NCBI GenBank assembly: GCA_035933915.1
Contig: DASYYL010000085.1
Location: forward strand, 13,747-77,746
Reading direction: 5' to 3'
Source of the DNA: Verrucomicrobiia bacterium
GTDB taxonomy: Bacteria; Verrucomicrobiota; Verrucomicrobiia; Limisphaerales; UBA11358
Length of the DNA: 64,000 nt
Under the pieces are notes generated by a model. The model was not told the origin of the DNA and made no database searches. It saw only the letters and a program-made list of their open reading frames with translations. The translations under genes were made by a program, and so were the position numbers. Positions 26,695 through 37,212 of the stretch are shown piece by piece (position 1 is the first letter of the stretch; each line of letters starts with the position of its first letter).

Positions 26695-26988
26695 TTACTT
26701 CCCGTCCAATTTTGCCGCCGCTTGCGGATCAATGTCAGACAGTGCGTTGTAAAGCCCCTCAGTCATTTGGACGAGAAACGGCACGGCATTCGTTCCCATT
26801 TGTTGAATGGCCAGCGTGGCATTCGTTCGCGTGAGTGCGGATGGGGCAGACAAATCGTCCAGCCAGGTGGTCAATTTTTTGCCGTGGTACTCCGGTTCGC
26901 GGGGGCTGTGGAGGACGGGAACCAGTGCGATAACGATGAGCACTGATACAAACGCGATAAACCCAACTGGGAGCCAGAACTTCCTCAT
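26695..26988 (-). CDS. Hypothetical membrane-anchored protein
   Basis: The ORF has an N-terminal TM helix (FWLPVGFIAFVSVLIVIALV). No domain was recognised. Confidence 0.4.
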   Translation of the reverse strand: MRKFWLPVGFIAFVSVLIVIALVPVLHSPREPEYHGKKLTTWLDDLSAPSALTRTNATLAIQQMGTNAVPFLVQMTEGLYNALSDIDPQAAAKLDGK

Positions 26989-27041
26989 AAACGACCGGAG
27001 TAGGAATTTACAGGAAACTCAAAAAACAGACAGATTTTTAA

Positions 27042-27062
27042 ATTTACGATTTACGATTTAGG
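27042..27062. repeat. Tandem heptamer (ATTTACG ATTTACG ATTTAGG), second copy of the 11723 element
   Basis: This was read directly from the sequence. It ends 9 nt before the sulfatase ATG. Confidence 0.7.
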
Positions 27063-27070
27063 CGGTAACA

Positions 27071-28774
27071 ATGGATGAAAGTCCGAAATTTTTATCGAAC
27101 GCCATTGTGAAGCTCGCGCCTGGCCTTAAATTTCTCAGCGTCTTGACCGCAGCATCGGTCGCGGGTGCGGGGCATGCGGTCGAGTCGCCTGCCGGTCAGG
27201 CGCCTGATATTGTTTATATTCTGTGCGACGACCTGGGTTACGGCGACGTGCACACTCTCAATCCCAATCGCTGCAAGATTGATACGCCCAACATGGACCG
27301 GATGCGTGCCCAGGGCATGGCCTTTACCGATTGTCACGCCGCTGCATCAATCTGCTCGCCGTCGCGTTATGCCATTCTCACCGGCCGATATGCCTGGCGG
27401 ACGCGGTTGCAGCACGGTGTGCTGGGCGGGGACAGTCCGCCGCTGATCGAGCCTCGCCGCCTGACCGTAGCTGGACTGCTCCAGGAACACGAATACATGA
27501 CTGCCGGGATTGGCAAATGGCATCTCGGGTTGCAATTTGACGCAGACGACTTCACTCAGCCTATCAGGGACGGCCCGTTGCAACATGGCTTTGACTATTT
27601 CTTTGGCCTTGCCGCCTCCCTGGACATGGAGCCGTACGACTATTTTGAAAATGATCGTTGGACAGAAGTGCCCAGTGCGCGGAAGAAATTCCCTTCCTTT
27701 GTTTATGGAACGATCAATTCCGGGCCGGGGCCGAATCGGTTGGGACCCGCCGCGCCGGATTTCGAAGCGGTGAATGTCCTGCCGAATTTCACGCGCAAAG
27801 CGGTTGATTATATCAGGCAACGTGGAGCGGATAAGAAGCCGTTTTTTCTCTATCTGGCATTGCCGTCGCCACACACGCCGCTGGTTCCGGAGAAGCGATG
27901 GCAGGGCAAGAGCAGCATTGGACCGTACGGTGATTATGTAATGGAAACAGACTGGGCGGTGGGCCAAGTGCTCGATGCGATTGACGGCGCCGGCCTGCGG
28001 GACAATACGCTGGTAATGCTCAGCAGTGACAACGGCTGCGCGCCCGGCGTGGGAGTGCGCAGATTTGAAGCGGCGGGTCATTTTCCCAGTGCGCAGTTTC
28101 GCGGTTACAAGTCGGACATCTGGGACGGCGGCCATCGCATTCCTTTTTTGGTCCGATGGATTGGAAAGATCAAGCCTGGCGGCCGGAGCGACCAGATTGT
28201 CGGGCTCTGGGATTTGATGGCGACGTGCGCAGACATTCTTCATGTGAAACTGCCTGCAAACGCGGGCGAAGATTCGGTGAGCCTGTTGCCGGCATTTCTG
28301 GGCACGGACAACGGGCCGTTGCATGCGGACAACGCGATTGTGAATCATTCGGGCGGCGATGGGCGGTTTGCGATTCGGCAAGGCAATTGGAAACTGGAGT
28401 TGTGTCCGGGGTCGGGCGGTTGGGGCCATCCCGGCGACCTTGAAGCACTCCGGGAAGGATTGCCTCCTATTCAGCTCTATAATATGCACGATGACGTGGA
28501 AGAACAAGTCAATATCGAAGCGATTAATGGCCAGGTGGTTACCAATCTGGCGAAACTTCTGGGGAAATACGTCGCGGACGGTCGAAGCACGCCCGGCCCG
28601 CGGCAAGACAATGACGTTCCGGTGAATATTTGGATGAGGGGCAGAAATCAAGCGGGCCTGCCCGCGACCTCGCCAGTGATTTCGCCAGTCGTCCCCGGGC
28701 TTCAATCAATGGATGGCCATAACCTTTCGCCTTACCGCGATCCGCCCGTCAATGATCCGTCGTTCGGCAACTAG
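27071..28774 (+). CDS. Arylsulfatase (formylglycine-dependent sulfatase family)
   Basis: The motifs are ILCDDLGYGD and the C-x-P-x-R signature CSPSRYAILTGRY. An N-terminal signal-like segment is present. Confidence 0.92.
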   Translation: MDESPKFLSNAIVKLAPGLKFLSVLTAASVAGAGHAVESPAGQAPDIVYILCDDLGYGDVHTLNPNRCKIDTPNMDRMRAQGMAFTDCHAAASICSPSRYAILTGRYAWRTRLQHGVLGGDSPPLIEPRRLTVAGLLQEHEYMTAGIGKWHLGLQFDADDFTQPIRDGPLQHGFDYFFGLAASLDMEPYDYFENDRWTEVPSARKKFPSFVYGTINSGPGPNRLGPAAPDFEAVNVLPNFTRKAVDYIRQRGADKKPFFLYLALPSPHTPLVPEKRWQGKSSIGPYGDYVMETDWAVGQVLDAIDGAGLRDNTLVMLSSDNGCAPGVGVRRFEAAGHFPSAQFRGYKSDIWDGGHRIPFLVRWIGKIKPGGRSDQIVGLWDLMATCADILHVKLPANAGEDSVSLLPAFLGTDNGPLHADNAIVNHSGGDGRFAIRQGNWKLELCPGSGGWGHPGDLEALREGLPPIQLYNMHDDVEEQVNIEAINGQVVTNLAKLLGKYVADGRSTPGPRQDNDVPVNIWMRGRNQAGLPATSPVISPVVPGLQSMDGHNLSPYRDPPVNDPSFGN

Positions 28775-28981
28775 TGTTGACATCAAATAGGCCTTGAGCT
28801 CATCCCCACCGACATGGCCGTCAAACTGCAAGGGCAGCCATTGAAATGAGTTTTAAATGAGAGCTGGAGATGCGCCAGGTGCGCGTTCAAAATCCAAATT
28901 AAAGTCATTTTTTCTGAAACCTTTTGCGGTCGTGTCGGTAGTATTAGATGAACGCGGAATTCTAAAACAGAAGGTATTAAG

Positions 28982-30670
28982 ATGACTATCCGTTTGACTC
29001 GATACTTTGGACTAATCGGGGCCACAATGATGACGCTAGCCATGGTGCTGGCGGCGGCGTTACCGTCTGCCGCAGAAAACCCGGAGGACCAGGCCGAAGC
29101 TTTGCTGAACGGAGTGATTAGAACCAACGACCCCGGCCTGGCGGTCCTCGTTGCGCAGCACGGTAAAATTTTGTTTGAAAAAGGCTACGGCCTGGCCGAT
29201 CGCGCGCATCATGTGGCAGTTATCCCGCAAACGACCTTCCGCATTGGGTCAATTACCAAGCAATTCACGGCGTCGGCGATTTTGAAATTGCAGGAAGAGG
29301 GAAAACTGAGCGTCGACGATAAATTGTCCAAATACATTCCGGATTTTCCGCGCGGCGACGAGGTCACGCTGCGCCATTTGCTGACGCACACTTCCGGCAT
29401 CCATAGTTACACGGACGAACCCGACTTCATGAGCCGAGTGACCAACGCCACCACCACCGAGTCCGTTATCGAGGAAATGAAAAAGTACCCTTACGATTTC
29501 GATCCGGGGGCGAAATGGAGTTACGACAATTCAGGCTACATGTTGCTCGGCTACATTGTTGAAAAGGTTTCCGGACAAAGTTACGGGGATTTTCTCCGTG
29601 AGAATTTTTTTGAGCCGTTGGGCATGATCGAAACTGGCGTTTACCACGCGCGTCCGGGTCCGCCGCACGAGGCACTGGGCTACAGTCTGGGGACTAAAGG
29701 CTTCAAACGAGCGCTGAACTGGGACATGTCGTGGGCGGGCGGCGCGGGCGCGCTCTACTCCACGGTCGAGGACTTGTATCGCTGGGACGAAGGCGTCTTC
29801 AACGGCAGGGTGCTGGACGATGCGAGCCTGAAGGAGGCGTTCACACCAGTGAAGACGAAGCAAAATCAGGGCTACTATAAACCCGATAATGGCTACGGTT
29901 TCGGTTGGATGATTGATCGCTATCGCGAATTGCGGGAGATTTCGCATGGCGGCGGCCTCCAGGGCTTCAGCAGTTTCCTGTTGCGCGTACCGGATGCGCA
30001 ATTCACAGTGGCCATCCTTGCCAACGCCCTGCCCGGCCGGCCCAAAGCCGAACCCGACCGCCTCGCGCAGCGACTCGTGGAAATTTTCCTGGCAGACAAA
30101 CTTGCGCCCTTGCCCGTCGCTAACACGAACGTTTCGCCCGAGTCATATGATGCTCTGACTGGCCGTTATGACCTCCTGGGAGGGATCCTGACCGTCAGTC
30201 GACGCGGTCCGCATCTGTTGGTGCAACTTACTGGCCAGCTGGAAGGGGAAATATTTCCCAGGTCTGACACGGAGTTTTTTGCGAAGGTGGTGGACGCGCA
30301 ATTCACGTTTGTAAAGGACAGTAGCGGCAAGGCCATCAAACTTGTCCTCCATCAAAACGGCCTCGACCTGGACGCCCCTCGGACAAAGGACCTTTTGGAA
30401 GCGAAAGTGGATCCGGCGGCTTACGACAGCGTGGCAGGCCAGTACGACTACGGCGGCGGCGCCGTGATGACGGTGACGCACGAAGGCGACCACCTCTTCG
30501 CGCAATTGACAGGACAGTCAAAATACGAGATTTTTCCCGAGTCCGAAACCAATTATTTCTGGAAGGTGGTGGATGCGCAGGTCACTTTTGTGAAGGATAA
30601 TTCGGGCAAGGTGATCAAAGCCATACACCATCAAAACGGCCGGACCTTTGACGCGCCAAGAATCCGATGA
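28982..30670 (+). CDS. Serine hydrolase (beta-lactamase/PBP4* family) with duplicated C-terminal domains
   Basis: The S-x-x-K motif is SITKQF, YDNSGY is also present, and there is a signal peptide. Two similar C-terminal modules occur (GRYDLLGGILTVS... and GQYDYGGGAVMTV...). Confidence 0.88.
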   Translation: MTIRLTRYFGLIGATMMTLAMVLAAALPSAAENPEDQAEALLNGVIRTNDPGLAVLVAQHGKILFEKGYGLADRAHHVAVIPQTTFRIGSITKQFTASAILKLQEEGKLSVDDKLSKYIPDFPRGDEVTLRHLLTHTSGIHSYTDEPDFMSRVTNATTTESVIEEMKKYPYDFDPGAKWSYDNSGYMLLGYIVEKVSGQSYGDFLRENFFEPLGMIETGVYHARPGPPHEALGYSLGTKGFKRALNWDMSWAGGAGALYSTVEDLYRWDEGVFNGRVLDDASLKEAFTPVKTKQNQGYYKPDNGYGFGWMIDRYRELREISHGGGLQGFSSFLLRVPDAQFTVAILANALPGRPKAEPDRLAQRLVEIFLADKLAPLPVANTNVSPESYDALTGRYDLLGGILTVSRRGPHLLVQLTGQLEGEIFPRSDTEFFAKVVDAQFTFVKDSSGKAIKLVLHQNGLDLDAPRTKDLLEAKVDPAAYDSVAGQYDYGGGAVMTVTHEGDHLFAQLTGQSKYEIFPESETNYFWKVVDAQVTFVKDNSGKVIKAIHHQNGRTFDAPRIR

Positions 30671-30683
30671 GGTGGTTAAACCT

Positions 30684-31811
30684 ATGACAAAAGCAACAAC
30701 CCTCGCCGTGGCGATAGCGCAACTGGGAATTGCCACAACAACTATCGCCGCAGATACAGACGATTCAAAATATGCGGGCACGCCCCTGCCCCGCAGCACA
30801 CCCGAAGCCCAGGGCATTTCCTCCGAGGCCATCGTCCAATTTGTCCAGGCCGCCGACAAAATCAATACGCTCCACAGCTTCATGCTCGTGCGCCACGGCT
30901 ATGTCATTGCCAATGCCTGGTGGAAACCCGAAGCTCCGAACAAACCTCACGTGTTGTGGTCCCTAAGCAAAAGCTTCAACTCCACCGCCATCGGGCTGGC
31001 CATCGCCGAGGGTAAATTGAGCCTCGACGATCACATCCTCAAGTTCTTTCCCGCCGACGCGCCGCCTGATCCGTCCGAAAATCTCAAAGCGGTGACCGTC
31101 CGCGATCTCCTCACGATGTCCAGCGGCCAGCAGACCGAGCCGCAGCGCGGCCCGGACGGCCCAACCGTAAAAGAGTTTCTTGCCCATCCTTTCGTTTACA
31201 AACCGGGAACGCATTTCCTGTACAACACCATGGGCGCATATACTCTCTCAGCTATCGTTACCAAAGTCACCGGGCAAACCACCCTCGAATACCTCAAACC
31301 GCGGCTATTTGAGCCATTGGGTATCGAGAATCCTCGATGGGATGCGAGTCCTGAAGGTAATTCGCTCGGCGGCTACGGCCTCTATTTATGTACCGAAGAC
31401 ATCGCCAAATTCGGCCAGCTTTACCTGCAAAAAGGCAAGTGGAACGGGCGCCAGCTTATCCCCCAAAAATGGGTCGAAGAGGCAACCAGCAAACAGATTC
31501 GCAACGACGGTGAGGGCCACTCGAAGATTGGCATCGATTGGCAGCAGGGCTATGGCTTTCAATTCTGGCGCTGCACCCACAACGCATTTCGCGGCGACGG
31601 CGCCCACGGCCAGCTCTGCGTTGTCATTCCTGACAAAGACGCCGTCATCGCCATCACGGCAGACACCGGAAATTTCTCGGGCGAGATGAACGCGATCTGG
31701 ACCCATCTTTACCCTGCTCTCCAATCCGCCCCCTGGCCCGACGACCCGACCGCCCGGGCCCAACTCACCCAGGCCACGGCCAACCTTACCGCGCACCCGA
31801 AAATAAATTAA
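30684..31811 (+). CDS. Serine hydrolase (beta-lactamase family)
   Basis: The S-x-x-K motif is SLSKSF, YNTMGAY is also present, and there is a signal peptide. Confidence 0.88.
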   Translation: MTKATTLAVAIAQLGIATTTIAADTDDSKYAGTPLPRSTPEAQGISSEAIVQFVQAADKINTLHSFMLVRHGYVIANAWWKPEAPNKPHVLWSLSKSFNSTAIGLAIAEGKLSLDDHILKFFPADAPPDPSENLKAVTVRDLLTMSSGQQTEPQRGPDGPTVKEFLAHPFVYKPGTHFLYNTMGAYTLSAIVTKVTGQTTLEYLKPRLFEPLGIENPRWDASPEGNSLGGYGLYLCTEDIAKFGQLYLQKGKWNGRQLIPQKWVEEATSKQIRNDGEGHSKIGIDWQQGYGFQFWRCTHNAFRGDGAHGQLCVVIPDKDAVIAITADTGNFSGEMNAIWTHLYPALQSAPWPDDPTARAQLTQATANLTAHPKIN

Positions 31812-31861
31812 ACCGGAGCGGGGATAGCTTGTCCCCACGTTCCGTATCCGGGCTCTCGATT

Positions 31862-31944
31862 TGTAGCACCCTGTAGCAGTCGTGTAGCACCCAATGTAGC
31901 ACCCTAAGCCATTGGTGTTCAGTGATGTAGCAGGTGTAGCACCC
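31862..31944. repeat. Six copies of TGTAGCA(CCC/G) in one intergenic region
   Basis: Copies start at 31862, 31872, 31883, 31895, 31926 and 31935, all in the same orientation. Confidence 0.7.
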
Positions 31945-32026
31945 TTCCCAACTTCATATCATAATATCCTTCGAATTTAGCAAAACTTTACTATTTCGTC
32001 GATCGCGCAACGCCTTTCAAATTCCG

Positions 32027-32614
32027 GTGTTTCCTTTACAGGACCTATTTGCACGCATGTTCACGGACCGACAAATTGAAAACATCCTAATGCTCTCGAT
32101 CGCGGTATGGTTGGGATTATTTGCAAGTGCTGCTGGCATTTTGATCGGTGCGATCATTCGCCCCATTCGTACGCGCCGCTTTTTCAGCTTTCTTCCGGGA
32201 GCGTTTCATGCAGCGTTGCCGGCAGCCTCCATCGCCGTCTTGGTCAGTGTGGTCAGCGCGATTCCTCAGATCCTTCTTTGTTACGATCCTTACCAAACAT
32301 CCAGATGGGATGTCCCGGTTTGGGCGATGAGCGCCCAATTCATTGCCGCCCTCATCGGGAGCGCTATCGGCGCATTTTACGGACAACATCCCCGCCGCGC
32401 GGCTTTCGGCCTCGGCGGCATTGTTGTTCCGATGTTTATTGGCGGCGTGGCCGGTGCCATGGCTCTTGTCCCGTACGGCTTTGACGACGGCTACGAATCA
32501 GATGCGCCAGTATTTGGTCAGGCCGCTTTAGGCTTTGTCGTCGGCGGATTTATCGTTTGCATGTGTCGTTTGGCAACTCGGGCGTTCCGCCGTCGGCCCG
32601 TTTCGTTTAATTAG
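32027..32614 (+). CDS. Hypothetical multi-pass membrane protein
   Basis: There are five or six hydrophobic helices. No domain was recognised. Confidence 0.5.
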   Translation: MFPLQDLFARMFTDRQIENILMLSIAVWLGLFASAAGILIGAIIRPIRTRRFFSFLPGAFHAALPAASIAVLVSVVSAIPQILLCYDPYQTSRWDVPVWAMSAQFIAALIGSAIGAFYGQHPRRAAFGLGGIVVPMFIGGVAGAMALVPYGFDDGYESDAPVFGQAALGFVVGGFIVCMCRLATRAFRRRPVSFN

Positions 32615-32710
32615 CCTAATCGAATGCTAAAATAATTTAGCCTTTTCCCCGCATCTCGGACACAATTTGCCTGACAGGAGAACTGGAGATTTCGCGAATT
32701 AGGAGTCACT

Positions 32711-34207
32711 ATGCAGAATATAGAACACGTGGTCGTGGTCATGATGGAAAACCGGTCTTTCGATAATCTATTGGGCTGGCTCTATGATAACGAAACCGAC
32801 CCGCCTGCATTCAACATTCCCGAGCAACAGCCGCCGACTTTCGATGGCCTTTCCGCCGGAAAATTTTCCAACGTCCTGAACGGCCGAACCGTTTATGCCG
32901 CGCACCCGCCCACTGCCTGGCCGCCGGCCAATAACCCAAACGTCGTCCCCACTCCCGATCCACAGGAAGAGTTTCCTCATGTAACCGCGCAACTGTTCGG
33001 CACATCGACGCCGGCGACGGGTGCAACGCCGGACATGAGCGGATTTCTCGCGGATTATGCGACCACGGCTGCAGGGCCGGCGAATGCCGGCCAAATCATG
33101 CAAAGCTTTGGGCTGCAGGACGCAAACGTGATCAATCAATTGGCGCGGAGTTTTGCGGTGTGCGATGCCTGGTTTGCTTCCGTGCCAACACAGACGTGGC
33201 CGAACCGGGGTTTCGTCCATACCGGTTCTTCCGACGGTCATATCAACAATGACAATTACGAGCTCTATAATATCCCAACCATTTTCAATGTATTGCAAAG
33301 CCAGGGCAAATCCTGGGGCGTATTTCATAACACCACACTGCTTCCCTCGCTAACGCTGGGCCAATTTTTCGGTCAATTGGCTGGCGTACAGGACCATTTT
33401 TATCGCTACGACGTCTTTCAGAATCTTTGCCGGGCCAGCCCGACTTCACCGCTCTCCGCCAAACTTCCAGCCTATTCATTTGTCGAACCGCGTTTTATGC
33501 CTGAACTCGGATTGCTGACCATCGATTATCCGAACGATTACCATCCCCCGCACAACGTTTGTAGGGGCGAGCAATTTTTGGCAGATGTCTATCAATCGGT
33601 CCGCAATTCTCCTTATCGCGATAGTATTCTGCTGGTCATCCTGTTCGACGAGCACGGAGGAACCTATGACCATACGCCGCCGCCGTCCGGCGCGGCCGCG
33701 CCTCAACCCTTGCCGACGTCCCGCGACGGCACATTCGATTTCAGCCGGTTTGGCGTGCGCGTCCCCGCAATTGTCATTTCATCCTATGTCCAACCCGGCG
33801 CCGTCTTTCGCTCGTCACCGGGCGAACCGCCATACGACCATACTTCAGTGCTCGCGACTCTTCGGGACTGGCTGTCACTTGCGGCGGACCCCAACCATCC
33901 GTTCCTTCCCAGTACCAGGATTCAACAGGCACCTACTTTGGATCGAGTCCTCACGCTCGATGACCAGAATAAAAATGTGAACTGGCCCAACATCACCGCG
34001 CAATGTGTCGTCGGCTCAGACGATCAATCGCTTCAAACGCCATTAAACGATGTGCAAAGAAGTTTAATCGCCGCTGCCATCCGGCAAAAGAGCGGCAATC
34101 CCACCGATCCAGTCACGTCATCCAATGCGGCCCAGACGGCGAAATCGCTGGGCACGTACCAGCACGCGCTGAACTTTCTGCATCCAGCAACCCCGTCTCC
34201 ACAGTGA
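32711..34207 (+). CDS. Phosphoesterase-family protein (phospholipase C / acid phosphatase AcpA type)
   Basis: The motif VVVMMENRSFDNLLGWL is the hallmark N-terminus of the PF04185 family. FDEHGGTYDH is also present. Confidence 0.88.
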   Translation: MQNIEHVVVVMMENRSFDNLLGWLYDNETDPPAFNIPEQQPPTFDGLSAGKFSNVLNGRTVYAAHPPTAWPPANNPNVVPTPDPQEEFPHVTAQLFGTSTPATGATPDMSGFLADYATTAAGPANAGQIMQSFGLQDANVINQLARSFAVCDAWFASVPTQTWPNRGFVHTGSSDGHINNDNYELYNIPTIFNVLQSQGKSWGVFHNTTLLPSLTLGQFFGQLAGVQDHFYRYDVFQNLCRASPTSPLSAKLPAYSFVEPRFMPELGLLTIDYPNDYHPPHNVCRGEQFLADVYQSVRNSPYRDSILLVILFDEHGGTYDHTPPPSGAAAPQPLPTSRDGTFDFSRFGVRVPAIVISSYVQPGAVFRSSPGEPPYDHTSVLATLRDWLSLAADPNHPFLPSTRIQQAPTLDRVLTLDDQNKNVNWPNITAQCVVGSDDQSLQTPLNDVQRSLIAAAIRQKSGNPTDPVTSSNAAQTAKSLGTYQHALNFLHPATPSPQ

Positions 34208-34208
34208 T

Positions 34209-34233
34209 GGTAGGGACGGCGCGCTGCGCCGTC
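34209..34233. repeat. REP-like GC-rich palindromic element GGTAGGGACGGCGCGCTGCGCCGTC
   Basis: A second copy at 37448-37472 differs at one position. Both overlap or abut a stop codon. The core ACGGCGC-GCT-GCGCCGT forms a 7-bp stem. Confidence 0.65.
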
Positions 34234-34509
34234 ACCACCCTCCCCAGCATCTCCCTCACCCTCACGCGCATCCAATGAAAAAACGGCATTCTCCCTGCTA
34301 CGCAAATTGGCATATGGAACTTAATTTCAAGAAATACTGCGAAAACGGGGGTTGGCAAACCTTTTCCGTCAAGCCCGGTTTAATGACTCAATGCAATTTG
34401 AACGATAGAAATCGGTTCGGCGTCAAACCAGTTACCACCAGCGTCAGATTCCCGCGTACAGGTTTAAGTGACGCTGGACAAAATGAACGTTTCGTAGGAT
34501 TATACTGGC

Positions 34510-37017
34510 ATGAGCGATGAGTCGATGAGCAATTTTACCCCGCGTGCGCAGCAGGTTCTCGCGCTCGCGAGAAAGGAAGCTGACCGCTTCAATCACAATT
34601 ATTTAGGCACCGAGCACCTGCTGCTCGGCCTCATTAAATTGGGCCAGGGCGTCGCCGTCAACGTCCTCCAGGGCATGGGTATCGACCTGGAAACTGTCCG
34701 CATGGAAGTGGAAAAACAGACCGGCACCGGTCCCGACCAGAAAATGATCGGGAATATCCCCTACACGCCTCGCGTGAAGAAAGTTTTGGATTTGGCCCGT
34801 CGTGAAGCCAAAAACCTCAATCACACGTACATTGGCACCGAACACCTCCTGCTCGGCCTTTTGCGTGAAGGCGACGGTATCGCGGCACAAGTTCTCCGGA
34901 ACCTGGACGTGGACATTGAGGAAGCCCGGCAACGGGTCTTGAAGGAATTGGACCCGAATTTCGGCAACGAGGAATCGTCGATTCCCAGCGGCGAAAAGCC
35001 ACAGCAACAGGAAAAGAAGGGCGAAGTCAAAACGCCCGCGCTCAAGGCGTTTGGCCGTGACCTGACCGAAATCGCCCGCAAAGGCGAAATGGATCCCGTT
35101 ATCGGCCGCAAGAATGAAATCGAGCGCGTCATCCAAATACTCTGCCGCCGCACCAAGAATAATCCCGTGCTCCTCGGCGAAGCCGGCGTTGGCAAGACCG
35201 CGATTGTCGAAGGTTTGGCCCAGGAAATCGCCCGTGGCAATGTGCCCGAGATTCTGCTAAACAAGCGCGTCATCACGTTGGATCTCGCGCTTATGGTCGC
35301 CGGCACCAAGTATCGCGGACAATTTGAAGAGCGTATTAAAGCGGTCATGGACGAAATCCGCCGCGCCAAAAATGTCATCCTTTTCATTGACGAACTGCAC
35401 ACCATTGTAGGCGCCGGTTCGGCTGAAGGCACCATGGACGCCAGCAATATCATCAAGCCCGCCCTTTCGCGCGGTGAGATGCAATGCATCGGCGCCACCA
35501 CGCTCAACGAGTATCGCAAATACATCGAGAAAGACGCCGCGCTGGAACGCCGATTCCAGGCCGTCAAAGTCGAGGCCCCGTCCATTGACGACGCCGTCGA
35601 GATTTTGAAAGGTCTCCGCCATAAATATGAGGAGCACCATAAGGCTGAGTTTACCGACGAAGCCGTTTCCGCCGCCGTGAAGCTGTCTGATCGTTACATC
35701 ACCGACCGGTTTTTGCCGGACAAGGCAATAGACGTTCTGGACGAGGCGGGCTCGCGCGCGCGCATCGGCACCATGACCCGGCCGCCCGAATCCAAGACGC
35801 TCGAAGCCGAGATTGAGGAAATCAAGACGCAAAAGGAACGGGCCATCAAGAACCAGGATTTTGAAGGCGCCGCGGCCATGCGCGACAAGGAAAAGCACGC
35901 GAAAGAAAAGCTCGAAAGCCTCTTGCGCGAATGGCGCACGCATCGCGAGGAAAAGCGCGTTCAGGTGGGCGAAGACGACATTTTGCACGTGGTCTCGAAG
36001 TGGACCGGCGTTCCGCTCAAGCGGATGGGCCAGGACGAAGCCGCGCGGTTGCTCAACGTGGAAGCCGAAATGGAAAAGACCGTTATCGGCCAGCGCGAAG
36101 CCGTTTCCGCCATCTGCAAGGCCCTGCGCCGCTCACGCGCGGATTTCAAAGATCCCAAGCGCCCAATCGGCACGTTTCTGTTGCTGGGGCCCACCGGCGT
36201 CGGCAAGACCTTGCTCGCCAAGACCCTCGCCGAGCAGATGTTTGGTGATAGCAAGTCACTCATCCATTTGGACATGAGCGAATACATGGAGAAATTCAAT
36301 GTGTCGCGTCTCATCGGTTCGCCGCCCGGCTACGTGGGTTACGAGGAAGGCGGCCAATTGACCGAGAAAGTCCGGCGCAATCCCTATTCCGTGGTGCTCT
36401 TTGACGAAGTCGAAAAGGCTCATCCGGACGTCTGGAACATTTTGTTGCAGATCCTGGAAGAAGGAAAATTGACGGACAACGTCGGCCGCGTCGTCAATTT
36501 CCGCAATACCATCGTCCTGATGACCTCGAACGTGGGCTCCGATACGATCAAGCGCCAAAGCACGCTCGGTTTCTCGCCCATCACGGACGAAGCCACCTAT
36601 GAGAAAATGCGCGAGCGCATCATGGACGAATCCAAGCGCACCTTCCGGCCTGAGTTTTTGAACCGATTGGACGACGTCATCGTCTTCCGGTCATTCACCA
36701 AAGAAGACCTCATCCAGATTTTGGACCTCGAAATCGACAAGGTCGTGCAACGGTTGCGCCACAAAAACATCAAAGTGGAGCTGGACGAAAAGGCGAAGGA
36801 ATTTCTCGTCGAAAAGGGATACAACCCCGATTTCGGCGCGCGACCCATGCGCCGGGCTGTGGAACGTTTTCTGGAAGACCCGCTTGCCGAGGAAATCCTC
36901 AAAGGCGGTCTGCACGAAAACGAGCCCATCCAGGTTACCCGCGAAGGCGAAAGCGAGAAGCTCTCGTTCCACCAGAAAGCCGCCCCAGCGGCGCCCGCTG
37001 ACCCTGTCACGAGCTGA
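34510..37017 (+). CDS. clpC: ATP-dependent Clp protease ATP-binding subunit ClpC
   Basis: Clp_N repeats (GTEHLLLGL, twice), two AAA+ modules (GEAGVGKTA and GPTGVGKT) and a UVR-like linker ([11 protein letters not shown]) are present. Confidence 0.97.
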   Translation: MSDESMSNFTPRAQQVLALARKEADRFNHNYLGTEHLLLGLIKLGQGVAVNVLQGMGIDLETVRMEVEKQTGTGPDQKMIGNIPYTPRVKKVLDLARREAKNLNHTYIGTEHLLLGLLREGDGIAAQVLRNLDVDIEEARQRVLKELDPNFGNEESSIPSGEKPQQQEKKGEVKTPALKAFGRDLTEIARKGEMDPVIGRKNEIERVIQILCRRTKNNPVLLGEAGVGKTAIVEGLAQEIARGNVPEILLNKRVITLDLALMVAGTKYRGQFEERIKAVMDEIRRAKNVILFIDELHTIVGAGSAEGTMDASNIIKPALSRGEMQCIGATTLNEYRKYIEKDAALERRFQAVKVEAPSIDDAVEILKGLRHKYEEHHKAEFTDEAVSAAVKLSDRYITDRFLPDKAIDVLDEAGSRARIGTMTRPPESKTLEAEIEEIKTQKERAIKNQDFEGAAAMRDKEKHAKEKLESLLREWRTHREEKRVQVGEDDILHVVSKWTGVPLKRMGQDEAARLLNVEAEMEKTVIGQREAVSAICKALRRSRADFKDPKRPIGTFLLLGPTGVGKTLLAKTLAEQMFGDSKSLIHLDMSEYMEKFNVSRLIGSPPGYVGYEEGGQLTEKVRRNPYSVVLFDEVEKAHPDVWNILLQILEEGKLTDNVGRVVNFRNTIVLMTSNVGSDTIKRQSTLGFSPITDEATYEKMRERIMDESKRTFRPEFLNRLDDVIVFRSFTKEDLIQILDLEIDKVVQRLRHKNIKVELDEKAKEFLVEKGYNPDFGARPMRRAVERFLEDPLAEEILKGGLHENEPIQVTREGESEKLSFHQKAAPAAPADPVTS

Positions 37018-37023
37018 GATGCC

Positions 37024-37209
37024 CGTTGAAGCGTTGAAATGTTGAAACGGCAGGACGGCGCTGTTTGCAAGTGGCGCTGTCACCGCCGCCAGGCATACGC
37101 CATTCAAAACTCGGCGTTCGATGTTGAGTGTTCGATGTTCGACGCTTCGTTTCAGCCTTTCAACGATTTCTAACCCGTTTCAACGTTTCAACCTTTTAAC
37201 TTTTCAACG
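37024..37209. repeat. Inverted clusters of GTTGAA(A/G) / TTTCAAC heptamer-like repeats between clpC and the glutaredoxin gene
   Basis: CGTTGAAGCGTTGAAATGTTGAAACGG at 37024-37050 faces CCGTTTCAACGTTTCAACCTTTTAACTTTTCAACG at about 37175-37209. GTTCGATGTT occurs twice in between. Confidence 0.65.
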
Positions 37210-37212
37210 AAT

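Noticed and set aside
27347-28705. 452-aa ORF on the minus strand, antisense to the sulfatase gene
   Set aside because: It lies entirely inside a confidently assigned sulfatase CDS. Its Arg/Pro/His-rich composition is typical of a shadow frame in GC-rich coding DNA, and it has no recognisable motif.
31862-31944. Possible CRISPR array
   Set aside because: The repeat units are only 8-10 nt long with 0-21-nt gaps, far below CRISPR repeat and spacer sizes, and no cas genes are present. The array is reported as a phased motif array instead.
34603-37107. Multiple long minus-strand ORFs (177-254 aa) opposite clpC
   Set aside because: They are antisense shadow ORFs within a highly conserved gene. 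Their sequences are low-complexity and Arg/Ser-rich.
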